Source: an uncultured Actinomycetes bacterium (lineage in GTDB: Bacteria > Actinomycetota > Actinomycetes > Streptosporangiales > Streptosporangiaceae). From it: a DNA stretch of 64,000 nucleotides. The notes beneath the pieces are model-generated. The model was not told where the DNA came from and made no database searches. It saw only the letters and a list, made by a program, of their open reading frames with translations. Positions 10,532 through 20,013 of this stretch are shown in pieces. The stretch lies in contig CAVUNW010000044.1 of the NCBI GenBank assembly GCA_963742865.1, positions 22,436 to 86,435 of the forward strand. The letters run 5' to 3'. Made by a program: the position numbers and the translations under genes. How positions within the stretch are numbered: the first letter of the stretch is position 1; every line of letters starts with the position of its first letter.

Positions 10532-11518
10532 TCAGCGCCGCTGGAGCCGGACCTCGAAGGAGTCCCGCAGCGCGTCGCCGATGAAGTTGATGGAGATAAC
10601 CACCAGGATGATCGCGATGCCGGCCGGGTAGATCAGCCACCAGTAGCCGTCGTAGGTGTACTGGACGCCGTCGCTGAGCATGCCGCCCCAGTCCGTCTGA
10701 GGCTTCGGGACCCCCAGGCCCAGGTAGCTCAGCGCGACCACCAGCAGGATGGCGTCGGCCACCTGGAAGGTGGCGTTCACGATGATGGTGCCGACCGCGT
10801 TCGGCGCGATATGCCGGAGCACGGCCCGGGAGCCACCGCCGCCCATCACCTTCATCGCCTGCACGTAGTCCCGGACCCGCAGCGACAGGGCCTCGCCGCG
10901 GATCAGCCGGGAGGTGGTCAGCCACGACGTCAGCGCGATCACGAGGATCAGCTCCAGCTCGCTGGCCGGGTACATCGACACGACGACCAGGGCCAGGAAC
11001 AGCGTCGGGATGGCCAGCATCGCGTCCACGAGGCGCATCATCACCGCGTCCACCGCGCCGCCGACGTAGCCGGCGATGGCGCCCCACAGCGTGCCGAGGA
11101 CGGTGGCCAGGATCGCCGCGGCCAGGCCCACCTCCAGGGACACCCGGCCGCCGACCATCAGCCGGCCGACCACGTCGTACCCGCTGGAGTCGGTGCCGAG
11201 CGGATGGCCCGACCCTGGCGCCTGGTTCTCGATGGCGAGGTTGGTGTGGATCTGGTCCGTGTGGTACAGGAACGGCCCGAGGTAGCAGAACAGCACCATC
11301 GCGACGAGGATGACCACGCCGACGATGGCCAGCTTGTTCTCGACGAACACCTCGAGGCCGCGCAGGAACATACTGCGCGACTTGCCGGGGGGAATCGTTC
11401 CCGGTGCGGCGTCATCGGGCCGGAACTCGTCCGGCACGATGCTGTCGAGACCAGGCGCCAGCGGGGTATCGACTCCGGGCGCAAATGGCTCTGGCGAGGA
11501 TGACGGTGGCATGGTCAT
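10532..11518 (-). CDS. ABC transporter permease (OppC/DppC-like)
   Basis: Multi-TM protein with the typical HPLGTDSSGYDV motif and EAA-like loop. ATGA overlap with the upstream permease gene. Confidence 0.85.
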   Translation of the reverse strand: MTMPPSSSPEPFAPGVDTPLAPGLDSIVPDEFRPDDAAPGTIPPGKSRSMFLRGLEVFVENKLAIVGVVILVAMVLFCYLGPFLYHTDQIHTNLAIENQAPGSGHPLGTDSSGYDVVGRLMVGGRVSLEVGLAAAILATVLGTLWGAIAGYVGGAVDAVMMRLVDAMLAIPTLFLALVVVSMYPASELELILVIALTSWLTTSRLIRGEALSLRVRDYVQAMKVMGGGGSRAVLRHIAPNAVGTIIVNATFQVADAILLVVALSYLGLGVPKPQTDWGGMLSDGVQYTYDGYWWLIYPAGIAIILVVISINFIGDALRDSFEVRLQRR

Positions 11519-12472
11519 GAGCTCACGTACCTCACACGGGGATCGAGCACCGCGTACAGGATATCGGCCAGCAGCGACCCGAGGATGGTCGCGATCGCGA
11601 CCACGATCAGGACGCCGAGGAGAATGGGATAGTCCTGGTTCTGCGCCGCCTGGTAGAACAGGTACCCCATACCCGGGTAGTTGAAAACGGTCTCGGTGAT
11701 CAGCGCGCCGGACACGATCAGCGGCAGGTTGAGCCCGATCAGCGTCGCGATCGGGATCAGCGAATTCCGCAGCACGTGCCGGATGAGCACGCGCCGTTCC
11801 GAGGCGCCCTTGGCCCGCGCGGTGCGCACGTAGTCCTCGGTGATGTTATCCAGCATGGACGAGCGCATGTACCGGCTGAACAGCGCGAACGTCACCAGGG
11901 CGAGCGTGACGACCGGGAGGGTCAGGTCCTTCCAGTCGGTGAAGTCGCTGACCAGTCCGCCCTGCGGGCCTTCCGCTCCGAACAGGTGCATCTGGTCCGC
12001 GAAGATCATGATCAGGACCGTGCCGACGAAGAACGTCGGCGCCGCGTAGAACAGGAAGGACAACCCGGTGAACGTGTAGTCGACCGCCTTGTTGCGCCGG
12101 ACCGCCTGCCACACCCCGATCGGGATCGCCACCACGAGCGCGAGGATCGTGGAGATGCCGACCAGGACGATCGTCTTCGGCAGGCGGTTGCCGAGCAGCG
12201 AGGCCACGCTCTGGTTGAGCTTCCAGGAGTAACCGAGGTTGCCCTCAGCCAGGTGCCCCAGCCAGAGGAAGTACTGCTCGAACCACGGCTTGTTGAAGCC
12301 GTACGGCCGCGTCGAACTGGGCGACCACCGCCGGGTTGCGGTAGGCCTGAGGCCCGAGGATGGCGATCGCGACGTTACCGGGGATCGCCCGGAGCAGCGC
12401 GAACGTAACCATCGTGACCAGGAGGACCACAATGACCGCCTGCAGCAGGCGCCGCGCGAAGAAAGCTATCAA
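11515..12472 (-). pseudogene. ABC transporter permease (OppB/DppB-like), one frame break near 12310
   Basis: The N-terminus MIAFFARRLLQAVIVVLLVTMVTFALLRAIPG is in ORF 12245-12472. The remainder (YVRTARAKGASERRVLIRHVLRNSLIP...) is in ORF 11515-12432. Confidence 0.8.
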
Positions 12473-12566
12473 CGTGATCCCTTCCGGCGTGCCGACGGGG
12501 GCACCGGGCGGACCCGGTGCCCCCGTCCCGCCGCCACCGCGGCGGAGCCGAGCACGTAAATCATCA

Positions 12567-14495
12567 TTACTTGGTGAAGTACCAGTTCTCTGGGTTGAGG
12601 TTAAGCGTCGGAGCCTGCGGGATGACGCCGTTCAGGTTGCTGGCGACCTCCGTCAGCTCGTAGACGCCGTTCGGCTGCCAGATCTCGGGAAGCTGCTTCG
12701 ACGCATAGTCCTGCCAGGTGTGCAGCGGGTCAGTGAGCTGTTGGTCAGCGTCTGGTTGATGAGGTTGTCGTTCTGGGCGTTCTTGAACCCGGAGGAGTTC
12801 GCCGCGGAACCACTCTGGAACAGCGTCTCACCGCTGGGGTAGTAGTCGGGCGCGAAGATCCAGCCACCGCCCCAGTTGGCGAAGTCCCAGGCGCAGGACG
12901 ACTTGGTGACGACGCAGCCGCCGCCGCCGATCGCGGTGACCTGGTTGAACGGCTTCGGCTGCAGCTGCAGCTGGATGCCGACCTGCGAGGCGTTCGACTT
13001 GAGCTGGGTCATCTCCGACTCGATCCAGTAGATGCCCGTCGCGTACGGCAGGGTGAACGACAGGCCCTGGCCCTGCTTGACGCCCGCGCCGCACAGGCTC
13101 GGGTTGGTGCAGGTGGTGGTCCCGTTGGGCACGACGTTCCAGCCGTGGCTGGACAGCAGCGACTTGGCCTTGGCCGGGTCGTAGGGGAACGGGTCGGTCT
13201 TGCCCTGGGGGGACAGGGAGCTGGTCACCGGGTTGGAGCCGACCGGCCCGATCGTCATCGTTGCCGTACCCGCGCAGCGGGCCGGCGATGACCGCCTCCT
13301 GGTTGACCAGGGACGCCAGCGCCTGCCGGAAGTACAGCTGCTTGATGACCTGGCCCTCCGGGTTGGTGGAGTCGATGTTGGGCACGAAGTAGTTGATGCC
13401 CCATGTGTACAGCGGGTCGAGCGAGTACCCCGGCACCGGGTTCGCGCCGACCGTGGCGTTCGCCGGCTTCTTCGGGGCGTCGGTCGTCGGCAGGTAGCCG
13501 AAGCTCAGTTTCTGGCTGCCGCTGCCCGAGCGGAGCACGTTGTACTCGGCCGCCTCCGTGGTGAACGGCACCTCCTTGAACTGCGCCAGGGTCGGCTTGA
13601 CCGGTCCGGAGTAGGACTTGTTCGGCACGAACGTGGCGTTGCCGTCCGCGTTGAAGCTCGACAGCTTCCACGGGCCGTCCACCACGCTCCACACCGGCGA
13701 GCTGGCGTAGGTCGACATGGACTTGGACTGGCTGTCGAGGTAGGTGTAGACGGCCTTGCAGTCCGACACCGTGGTGGTGCAGTTGCTCGGGCCGGACGCC
13801 GTCCGGTCCCACGCCTTGGGCATCGGGGTGATCTGGCTCAGCTCGTTGTAGGTGAACCAGGTCGGCGAGTACGCCTTGTTCATCGTCATCGTGAGCGTCG
13901 TGGCGCTGGTGGCCTTGACGTTGGTCACGTTGGTCGGGAACCCGCCGGGGACGAAGGCGCCCCACTCGGTCTGGCCGACCGCCTGCAGCATGTTGATCCA
14001 GAACAGGATGTTCTGCGCGGTGACCGGCGTGCCGTCCGACCACTTGTAGTTCTTCAGCGTGATCGTGACCTGCTTGCCGTTGTACACCGGCTGGTCCGCC
14101 AGGCTGATGGACGGGTTCAGCGTGGGCTGCGTGCCGTTACCGAACCAGTACAGCGGGCGGTACAGGTAGGCCTGCAGGTACGAGATGTTGGAAACGCTGA
14201 AGTACGTGCTGTTGGACATGGGGAAGATGTAGTTCGGCGTCGTGGACGGCGGGAGAGCGTACGTGGCGACGCCGCCCGCTTCCTTCGTGCCGCCTGAGGA
14301 CGAGCTGCTGCCGCTGCTTCCGCAGGCGCCCACCACCAGGGCGATCGCTGCGGCGCCGCAGCCCGCGATGGTTGCCATGCGGGCCTGGCGGCCCCGGCTC
14401 GGCCGCTGGCCGCCGGGAGCGTCCTGGTTACCGGCGCGCTTACGGCCGGTGAACCAAAGCCCTCGTCCTCGTTGCTGCTCGGGATGTCCTCCCAT
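12567..14495 (-). pseudogene. ABC transporter substrate-binding protein (family 5, peptide/nickel type), at least two frame breaks (about 12740, 13255)
   Basis: Lipoprotein-like signal AIALVVGACGSS. The body spans ORFs 12828-14495 and 12653-13258. The C-terminal tail ..LTDPLHTWQDYASKQLPEIWQPNGVYELTEV..NPENWYFTK* was read manually in a third frame (stop 12567-12569). ATG 14378 is an alternative start. Confidence 0.8.
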
Positions 14496-15002
14496 GCGGC
14501 AGGCTCCTTTTAGTCGTCGGGAGCGGTCGGCCGTTTTGGGGTACGCCGACGTGCTCTGATGCGAGTCGATGTCCTAAGTATCACGATGCGACCGTAACCC
14601 CCAAAACGCGGTTCGGGATCGCTCCTCGTTCGTGATACCTGCGTTATAGTGACACCACCTCGGCACCGAATATGTTTCGGTTGAGTCGATAGTCTGTTAC
14701 GTTTTCGTAGCTATCCAAGCCCGGGCATCGCCAGAGAATCTTGCTTCGCCCCGGCTTCCCGGCGGACCATAACCGGTCATGGTCGCGCCAACCGGGAAGA
14801 TTTCCTGGCCTAGCGTACAGACGAGCCAAAGGTCCTGCGCGGTTGACGGCCGCGGATAATGCCCGGGATCGTCGGCGACCAGCACTTTCATGAGCGATCT
14901 CACCGGCCCCTGTGCGAACACGAGTGATCGTAGCGATGAGTGGTTACGCCAGCGACTGGCGCGAGCGCCTGTTGCCCGGGAAGACGGCGGGAACCGGGCT
15001 GC

Positions 15003-15070
15003 GAGGACCGCGGTTACGCCGGGGACCGGGTTACGCGAGGACCGCGGTTACGCGAGGATCGCGGCGACCA
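15003..15070. repeat. tandem array, about 17 bp x 4 (GAGGACCGCGGTTACGC and variants)
   Basis: Read directly from the sequence. The array straddles the stop codon (15048-15050) of the PH-domain gene. Confidence 0.55.
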
Positions 15071-15953
15071 GCAACAGGGCCGGCACCGCGATCGCCAGAA
15101 CCGAGGGCCAGTGCCACGCCGAGACCGGTCGCGGTGCCCATTCCGGTCGGCCGGTGACGCCCCCGGTGACGCCACCGTTAGCCAGGCTTCCGGCAGGCGA
15201 AGGCCCGTCGGCCGCGCCACCGCCGGCCGCGCCACCGCCGGCCGCACCCGGGCGGGCGGCCATCGCATCGGCGCGCTGCCGGCGGGCCCGCTCGCTGAGT
15301 GCCCGCGCGATGCGCTCGGTTTCCTTGCGGTGCAGGGCCCTGGGCGGCTCGGCCGCGGCGGCCGCGCCCCCGACGGAACGGCGGGCCAGCTCATACCGGC
15401 TAACGGGGGACCGCATCCCGGCCCGGCGCGGCGCCTGCAGCGCCCACGCCTGGACGACGCGGGTCCGCTGGACGTTTTCCGGTCGCTGGACCGCCTGCTG
15501 ACCTTGTCCTTTATTGGGCCCGCTCTCGGGTCCCGGCTCTGGCCACGCGCAGTGCACCCGGAGCAGGTCACCGACGTCCACGTTGGACACGGACGTCCAG
15601 GGCACCCGGTGGTCGCGCAGCGGGTTCCGCACCACGATCCCGCGGGCGGTGGCGATGACCCGCGGCCGGAGGGCCCCGACGTACATGATCCCGGTGACCA
15701 GGACGAGTGCCGCCGCGGCCTCCAGGGAGAGGCGATCGCGGCCCTGAACCGCGATGTCGATCAGGTTGGCGACCGCGAACGCGAGCCAGACCCACCACGC
15801 CACCAGCGCCAGCGGCGACCGGTAGGTCTCCGGCGGCGGTCCCTGGGTAGCTCCGCCGCGGGCCTCAGCCGTCCCGCCGCGGGCCTCAGCCGCCCCGTTG
15901 CGGTCGATCTGGCCGTCCGGTGCGCCCGAGGGCGCGCCCACCTTGTCGGGCAC
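15048..15953 (-). CDS. PH-domain-containing membrane protein (bacterial PH / antigen-6-like), with a low-complexity Ala/Gly-rich tail
   Basis: Two predicted TM helices, then GIVVRNPLRDHRVPWTSVSNVDVGDLLRV, which is typical of bacterial PH domains, and a C-terminal TM segment. The GTG start overlaps the upstream stop (TAGTG). Confidence 0.55.
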   Translation of the reverse strand: MPDKVGAPSGAPDGQIDRNGAAEARGGTAEARGGATQGPPPETYRSPLALVAWWVWLAFAVANLIDIAVQGRDRLSLEAAAALVLVTGIMYVGALRPRVIATARGIVVRNPLRDHRVPWTSVSNVDVGDLLRVHCAWPEPGPESGPNKGQGQQAVQRPENVQRTRVVQAWALQAPRRAGMRSPVSRYELARRSVGGAAAAAEPPRALHRKETERIARALSERARRQRADAMAARPGAAGGGAAGGGAADGPSPAGSLANGGVTGGVTGRPEWAPRPVSAWHWPSVLAIAVPALLLVAAILA

Positions 15954-16483
15954 TAAGTAATCCCGTGCCGGCGCAGGATGTCCTCCACCCCGGCCATATC
16001 GTCGTCATCGTCCGGCATGCCCTTCGCGGCCCGGGATGGCTTGGTGGCCACTTCCTTGCGCGCAGTTTCCTTGCGCGCACCGCCCTTCGCCCCGTTCCGG
16101 TCGGCCGTCACGGCGCCGCCGGCCCCACTGGCCTGGCCCGGCCGGTCCGCCACCGCGTCCTGGCCTCGGCGGGCCCGCCTCCTTCGCCGGCCTGCGGCGG
16201 ATACGACGAACAGCACGGCGGCCAGCGCGGCCACAGCGACGCCGGACCACACCTTGAGCGAGAACACGAAGGAGGTCGCGAAGGTGCCGATCGCGGTGCC
16301 GATCTTCCAGAACATCTCAATGGAGCCGGTCAGGTAGGCGGCGAGCGGCAGCAGGGACCAGGCCACCACGCGCAACCCGGACATCAGCCCCCGCCGGCGC
16401 ATCACGAACCAGCTCGCTACGAGCCCGATCCCCGTTAGCCCGGCGCAGAGCGGCAGCCAGGCGATCGCGTTGTAAGTCGACAT
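15953..16483 (-). CDS. hypothetical membrane protein
   Basis: Start at MSTYNAIAWLPLCAG (ATG 16483), preceded by GAGGTAAAG. Four hydrophobic segments and a charged tail ending DDDDDMAGVEDILRRHGIT. Confidence 0.55.
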   Translation of the reverse strand: MSTYNAIAWLPLCAGLTGIGLVASWFVMRRRGLMSGLRVVAWSLLPLAAYLTGSIEMFWKIGTAIGTFATSFVFSLKVWSGVAVAALAAVLFVVSAAGRRRRRARRGQDAVADRPGQASGAGGAVTADRNGAKGGARKETARKEVATKPSRAAKGMPDDDDDMAGVEDILRRHGIT

Positions 16484-16564
16484 CTTTACCTCGACGGCGC
16501 TACTCGACGCGTACTTCAGAGGCAGCGGCCCCTTTCCCCATAGTTGCACAGCCTCCGGACCGGA

Positions 16565-17503
16565 TTAACCGCCCGGACGGTGCCCTATCACCTCCGCCGG
16601 GGCCGCCTCCGCCGGGGCCGCGCCGTCCCGGGGCAGCGGCGGGGGAGTACCCCCGAATTCCGGGCACAGCGCCTTGTGCGCGCACCATTCGCACAGCCGC
16701 CCCGGCCGCGGCCGCCAGTCACCGCTATCGGTGGCCCGCTCGATGGCCTGCCACAGCGCCAGCACCTTGCGCTCGGTGGCCCGCAGGTCCGGCTCGTCGG
16801 GCGTGTACCGCACGACCTGCCCGTCACCCAGGTACATGAGCTGCAGCAGGCGCGGAATCTCCCCGCGGGCCCGCCACAGCACCAGCGCGTAGAACTTCAT
16901 CTGGAACAGGGCCCGGGCCTCGAAGTCCGGCGGCGGCGCCTTGCCGGTCTTGTAGTCGACGACCCGGATCTGCCCGGCGGGCGCGACGTCGAGCCGGTCG
17001 ATGTAGCCCCGCAGCCGGAGCCCGGACTCCAGCTCCGCCTCGACGTACAGTTCGCGGTCCGCGGGCTCCAGGCGGCGTGGATCCTCCAGCTGGAAATAAC
17101 TGTCCACGGCGGTGGCCGCGTCGCGGATCCAGGCGTCCCGCTCGGTCTCGCCGGGGAACAGCGCGGCCAGCTCCGGCTCGGCCGCCGCCAGCCGGTCCCA
17201 TTCGGGCTGCAGCAGCGAGCGCGCCGCGTCCAGGGTGCGCTCGGCCGCCGCCAGGTCGAACAGCCGCTCCAGCACCGCGTGCACGAGCGTCCCGCGGGCG
17301 GCCGCAGCGCTCGGCGGCTCCGGCAGCTTGTCGATCACCCGGAACCGGTACAGCAGCGGGCAGGTCATGAAATCGGCGGCCCGGGACGGCGACAAGGCCG
17401 GCCCGCGCGCCGTCCCGGGGCCCTCTTCCGGAGGAGCCGGATCGGCGATTTCTACCGCGACGAGTTCATCCACGCCCACGAGCGTAGGGGAGGGCACTGA
17501 CAA
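16565..17503 (-). CDS. RecB family exonuclease (PD-(D/E)XK nuclease, Rv2119-like)
   Basis: LSPSRAADFMTCPLLYRF, GYIDRLD, VVDYKTGK and a C-terminal CEWCAHKALCPEF Cys cluster. Confidence 0.8.
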   Translation of the reverse strand: MSVPSPTLVGVDELVAVEIADPAPPEEGPGTARGPALSPSRAADFMTCPLLYRFRVIDKLPEPPSAAAARGTLVHAVLERLFDLAAAERTLDAARSLLQPEWDRLAAAEPELAALFPGETERDAWIRDAATAVDSYFQLEDPRRLEPADRELYVEAELESGLRLRGYIDRLDVAPAGQIRVVDYKTGKAPPPDFEARALFQMKFYALVLWRARGEIPRLLQLMYLGDGQVVRYTPDEPDLRATERKVLALWQAIERATDSGDWRPRPGRLCEWCAHKALCPEFGGTPPPLPRDGAAPAEAAPAEVIGHRPGG

Positions 17504-17644
17504 TTGGCGCGGCCTTCAGCCGGCCGCTGGCGGCCCTTCGGCGGGCTTGCGGCCGGCGGCCGGTGGGGCTCCGGCCGGCACCGGCCGGCCCTGATCCCGG
17601 TCGCGGGGCCCGGGAGGGCACGTAGCATCGATGCTGTGGCAGGC

Positions 17645-18784
17645 ATGACGCCCGACAAATCAGAGCAGCGCCCGCCGAAGCAGCCGGGTGGCGGGATCGT
17701 CGTCGCGCGCCCGTTCGGCATTCCGGTGACGATCTCCCCGTACTGGTTCGTGATCGCGGGCGTCTTCATCATCATCTACGCGAACGACCTGGCCGGGACG
17801 CTGAACGGCAGCACGCGGTACATCGTCGCCGCGGCCTTCGTGGTCCTGCTGTATCTGTCCGTCCTGGTGCACGAGCTCAGCCACTCGCTCGTCGCCCGCG
17901 GCTACGGGCTGCCGGTGCGGCGGATCCTGCTGTACCCCCTGGGCGGTATCTCCGAGATCGAGCGGGAGCCGGAAACGCCCGGCCGGGAGTTCACCGTCTC
18001 CGCCGCCGGACCCGCCCTCTCCCTGGTCCTGGCGGGCGTGGGCTACGGGCTGATGAAGGTGGTCCCGGACGGGACCATCGGCTGGATCATCGTCAGCCAG
18101 TTCCGCTGGGCCAACCTCATCGTCGGCCTCTTCAACCTGCTCCCCGGTCTCCCGCTGGATGGCGGCCGGATGCTGCGCGCCATCGTATGGAAGGTCACCG
18201 GGCGGCCCGGTACCGCCACCATCGTGGCCGCGTGGGCCGGGCGGGTCATCGCGGTCGCGCTGCTGGTGGTGCCGATCAGCTACGCGATCGCCACCGGGCG
18301 CGGCCAGGATCTGATGAGCATGCTGTGGCTGGCGTTCATCGCCGGATTCATGTGGATCGGCGCGGGGCAGTCGATCCGCGCGACCCGGGTCCGGGAGCGG
18401 CTGCCCGGCGTCCAGGCGCGGCGGCTGGCCCGCAAGGCCATTCCCATCCCCGCGAGCCTCCCGCTGGCCGAGGCGATCCGCCGGGCCGAGGAGACCAACG
18501 CGCGCGCCCTGGTGGTCGTGGACCACGAGAACACCCCGATCGCCATCGTGAACGAGTCCGCGGTGATGGCGACGCCGCCCCAGCGCCGCCCCTGGATCGA
18601 GGCCGGGACGCTGGCCCGCAAGCTCGATCCCGGCCTGGTCCTGCCCGCTGACCTGGGCGGGATGGCGCTGATCGACGCCGTCCGCAAGGCCCCGGCGAGT
18701 GAGTACCTGGTCGTGGAGCCCACCGGGCAGGTCTACGGCGTGCTGGCTGCCAGCGACCTGGACGGCGCCTTCGCCGGCGTCTGA
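17645..18784 (+). CDS. site-2 protease (M50) family protein with a C-terminal CBS pair
   Basis: HELSHSLVA (HExxH), NLLPGLPLDGGR, and a CBS-like C-terminal region. ATG 17645 (MTPDKSEQ) was chosen within track ORF 17504-18784. Confidence 0.85.
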   Translation: MTPDKSEQRPPKQPGGGIVVARPFGIPVTISPYWFVIAGVFIIIYANDLAGTLNGSTRYIVAAAFVVLLYLSVLVHELSHSLVARGYGLPVRRILLYPLGGISEIEREPETPGREFTVSAAGPALSLVLAGVGYGLMKVVPDGTIGWIIVSQFRWANLIVGLFNLLPGLPLDGGRMLRAIVWKVTGRPGTATIVAAWAGRVIAVALLVVPISYAIATGRGQDLMSMLWLAFIAGFMWIGAGQSIRATRVRERLPGVQARRLARKAIPIPASLPLAEAIRRAEETNARALVVVDHENTPIAIVNESAVMATPPQRRPWIEAGTLARKLDPGLVLPADLGGMALIDAVRKAPASEYLVVEPTGQVYGVLAASDLDGAFAGV

Positions 18785-18842
18785 GCCGCGCCGCGCCTAG
18801 GCCCTCCGCAGGCAACCGGTCTCCCGACCCGCCGCCCGCCGA

Positions 18843-18848
18843 TAGCCT
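18843..18848 (+). promoter_or_regulatory. -10-like TAGCCT 7 nt upstream of ATG 18856 (possible leaderless trmI)
   Basis: TANNNT hexamer, 7-nt spacing, no Shine-Dalgarno sequence. Confidence 0.25.
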
Positions 18849-18855
18849 GTCCGGC

Positions 18856-19773
18856 ATGGTTCACCCACGTCGCGGCGCGTTCCGGGCCGGCGACCTCGTT
18901 CAGCTCACCGACCCGAAGGGCCGCCATCACACGGTGGTCCTGGAACCGGGCAAGTCGTTCTTCACCCACCGCGGGTCGCTCAGCCACGACGACCTGATCG
19001 GCCGTCCGGACGGGAGCGTGGTCACGTCCTCGGGGGGCACGCCCTACGTCGCGCTCCGCCCGCTGCTCGCCGACTTCACCCTGGCCATGAAGCGCGGCGC
19101 CGCGGTCGTCTATCCCAAGGACGCCGCGCAGATCGTCGCGATGGCCGACATCTTCCCCGGGGCGCGGGTCGTCGAGGCGGGGGCCGGCTCGGGCGCGCTG
19201 ACCTGCTGGCTGCTGCGCGCCGCCGGGGACTGCGGGTCGGTGACCTCGTTCGAGCGCCGCGCCGACTTCGCCGAGATCGCCCGGCGCAACGTGGAGACGT
19301 TCTTCGGCGCGGTGCCCGTGGCGTGGCAGCTGGTGGTGGGCGACTTCGGCGCGGAGGCGCGTTCGCTTCCCGCGGACGACGCTGACCGCGTAATCCTCGA
19401 CATGCTCGCGCCGTGGGACTGCCTGGAGACCGCCGCGCGCCTCCTGGTGCCCGGCGGGGTCATCTGCTGCTACGTGGCCACCACCACGCAGCTGTCCCGC
19501 ACCGCCGAGGCCATCCGGGCGCAGGGGCAGTTCGATGAGCCGGCCTCCTGGGAGTCGCTGGTGCGCGGCTGGCACGTGGACGGCCTGGCCGTACGGCCAG
19601 ATCAGCGGATGATCGGGCACACCGGGTTCCTGATGACGGCGCGGCGGCTGGCCGACGGGGTGACGCCCCCGCCGCGGCGACGGCGCCCGTCCAAGGGAGC
19701 CCACCCGGCCGAGGAAGGTCCCGCGGAGGAGACCCGCCAGGCCGCGGAGGATGCGGCGCAGGCGCGCTCCTGA
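18856..19773 (+). CDS. trmI: tRNA (adenine58-N1)-methyltransferase TrmI (Rv2118c-like)
   Basis: GDLVQLTDPKGRHHTVVLEPG, YPKDAAQIV, and VVEAGAGSGALT (SAM-binding motif). Confidence 0.85.
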   Translation: MVHPRRGAFRAGDLVQLTDPKGRHHTVVLEPGKSFFTHRGSLSHDDLIGRPDGSVVTSSGGTPYVALRPLLADFTLAMKRGAAVVYPKDAAQIVAMADIFPGARVVEAGAGSGALTCWLLRAAGDCGSVTSFERRADFAEIARRNVETFFGAVPVAWQLVVGDFGAEARSLPADDADRVILDMLAPWDCLETAARLLVPGGVICCYVATTTQLSRTAEAIRAQGQFDEPASWESLVRGWHVDGLAVRPDQRMIGHTGFLMTARRLADGVTPPPRRRRPSKGAHPAEEGPAEETRQAAEDAAQARS

Positions 19774-19820
19774 GGCCGCAGGCGGACGCGTGGGCTTTAC
19801 GCTCCCGCCTGCGTGGCCTC
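19772..19820 (+). terminator. stem-loop immediately after the trmI stop
   Basis: GAGGCCGCAGGCGG ... CCGCCTGCG(TG)GCCTC: a 14-bp stem with a 2-nt bulge. No U-tract. Confidence 0.4.
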
Positions 19821-19950
19821 AATACCCGGGCCCGTTACGATAACGAGAAGTGTCTAAACCGTAACGATCGGCCGCCCCGGCTGCTTCGCGTGTCGCCCAG
19901 CGGGCATTAATCCCGTGTCCAGTGTGCTCTGCCTAACGCGGACCGTCAGG

Positions 19951-19978
19951 TTACGAATGGCTCCGCGGTAGGTAGGGT
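19951..19978 (+). promoter_or_regulatory. candidate arc promoter: TTACGA-N16-TAGGGT
   Basis: -35/-10-like hexamers about 35 nt upstream of the arc start. The extended -10 GTAGGGTCT (19972-19980) recurs upstream of prcB. Confidence 0.3.
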
Positions 19979-20013
19979 CTAGATAGTTCAGGCACCGGAA
20001 GGAGGTGAGGGCC

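Noticed and set aside
14697-14921. Minus-strand ORF beginning MKVLVADDP, reminiscent of a response-regulator receiver N-terminus
   Set aside because: No frame continues with receiver-domain motifs after the first nine residues, and the region is low-GC and non-coding in character. At most it is an unrecognisable relic.
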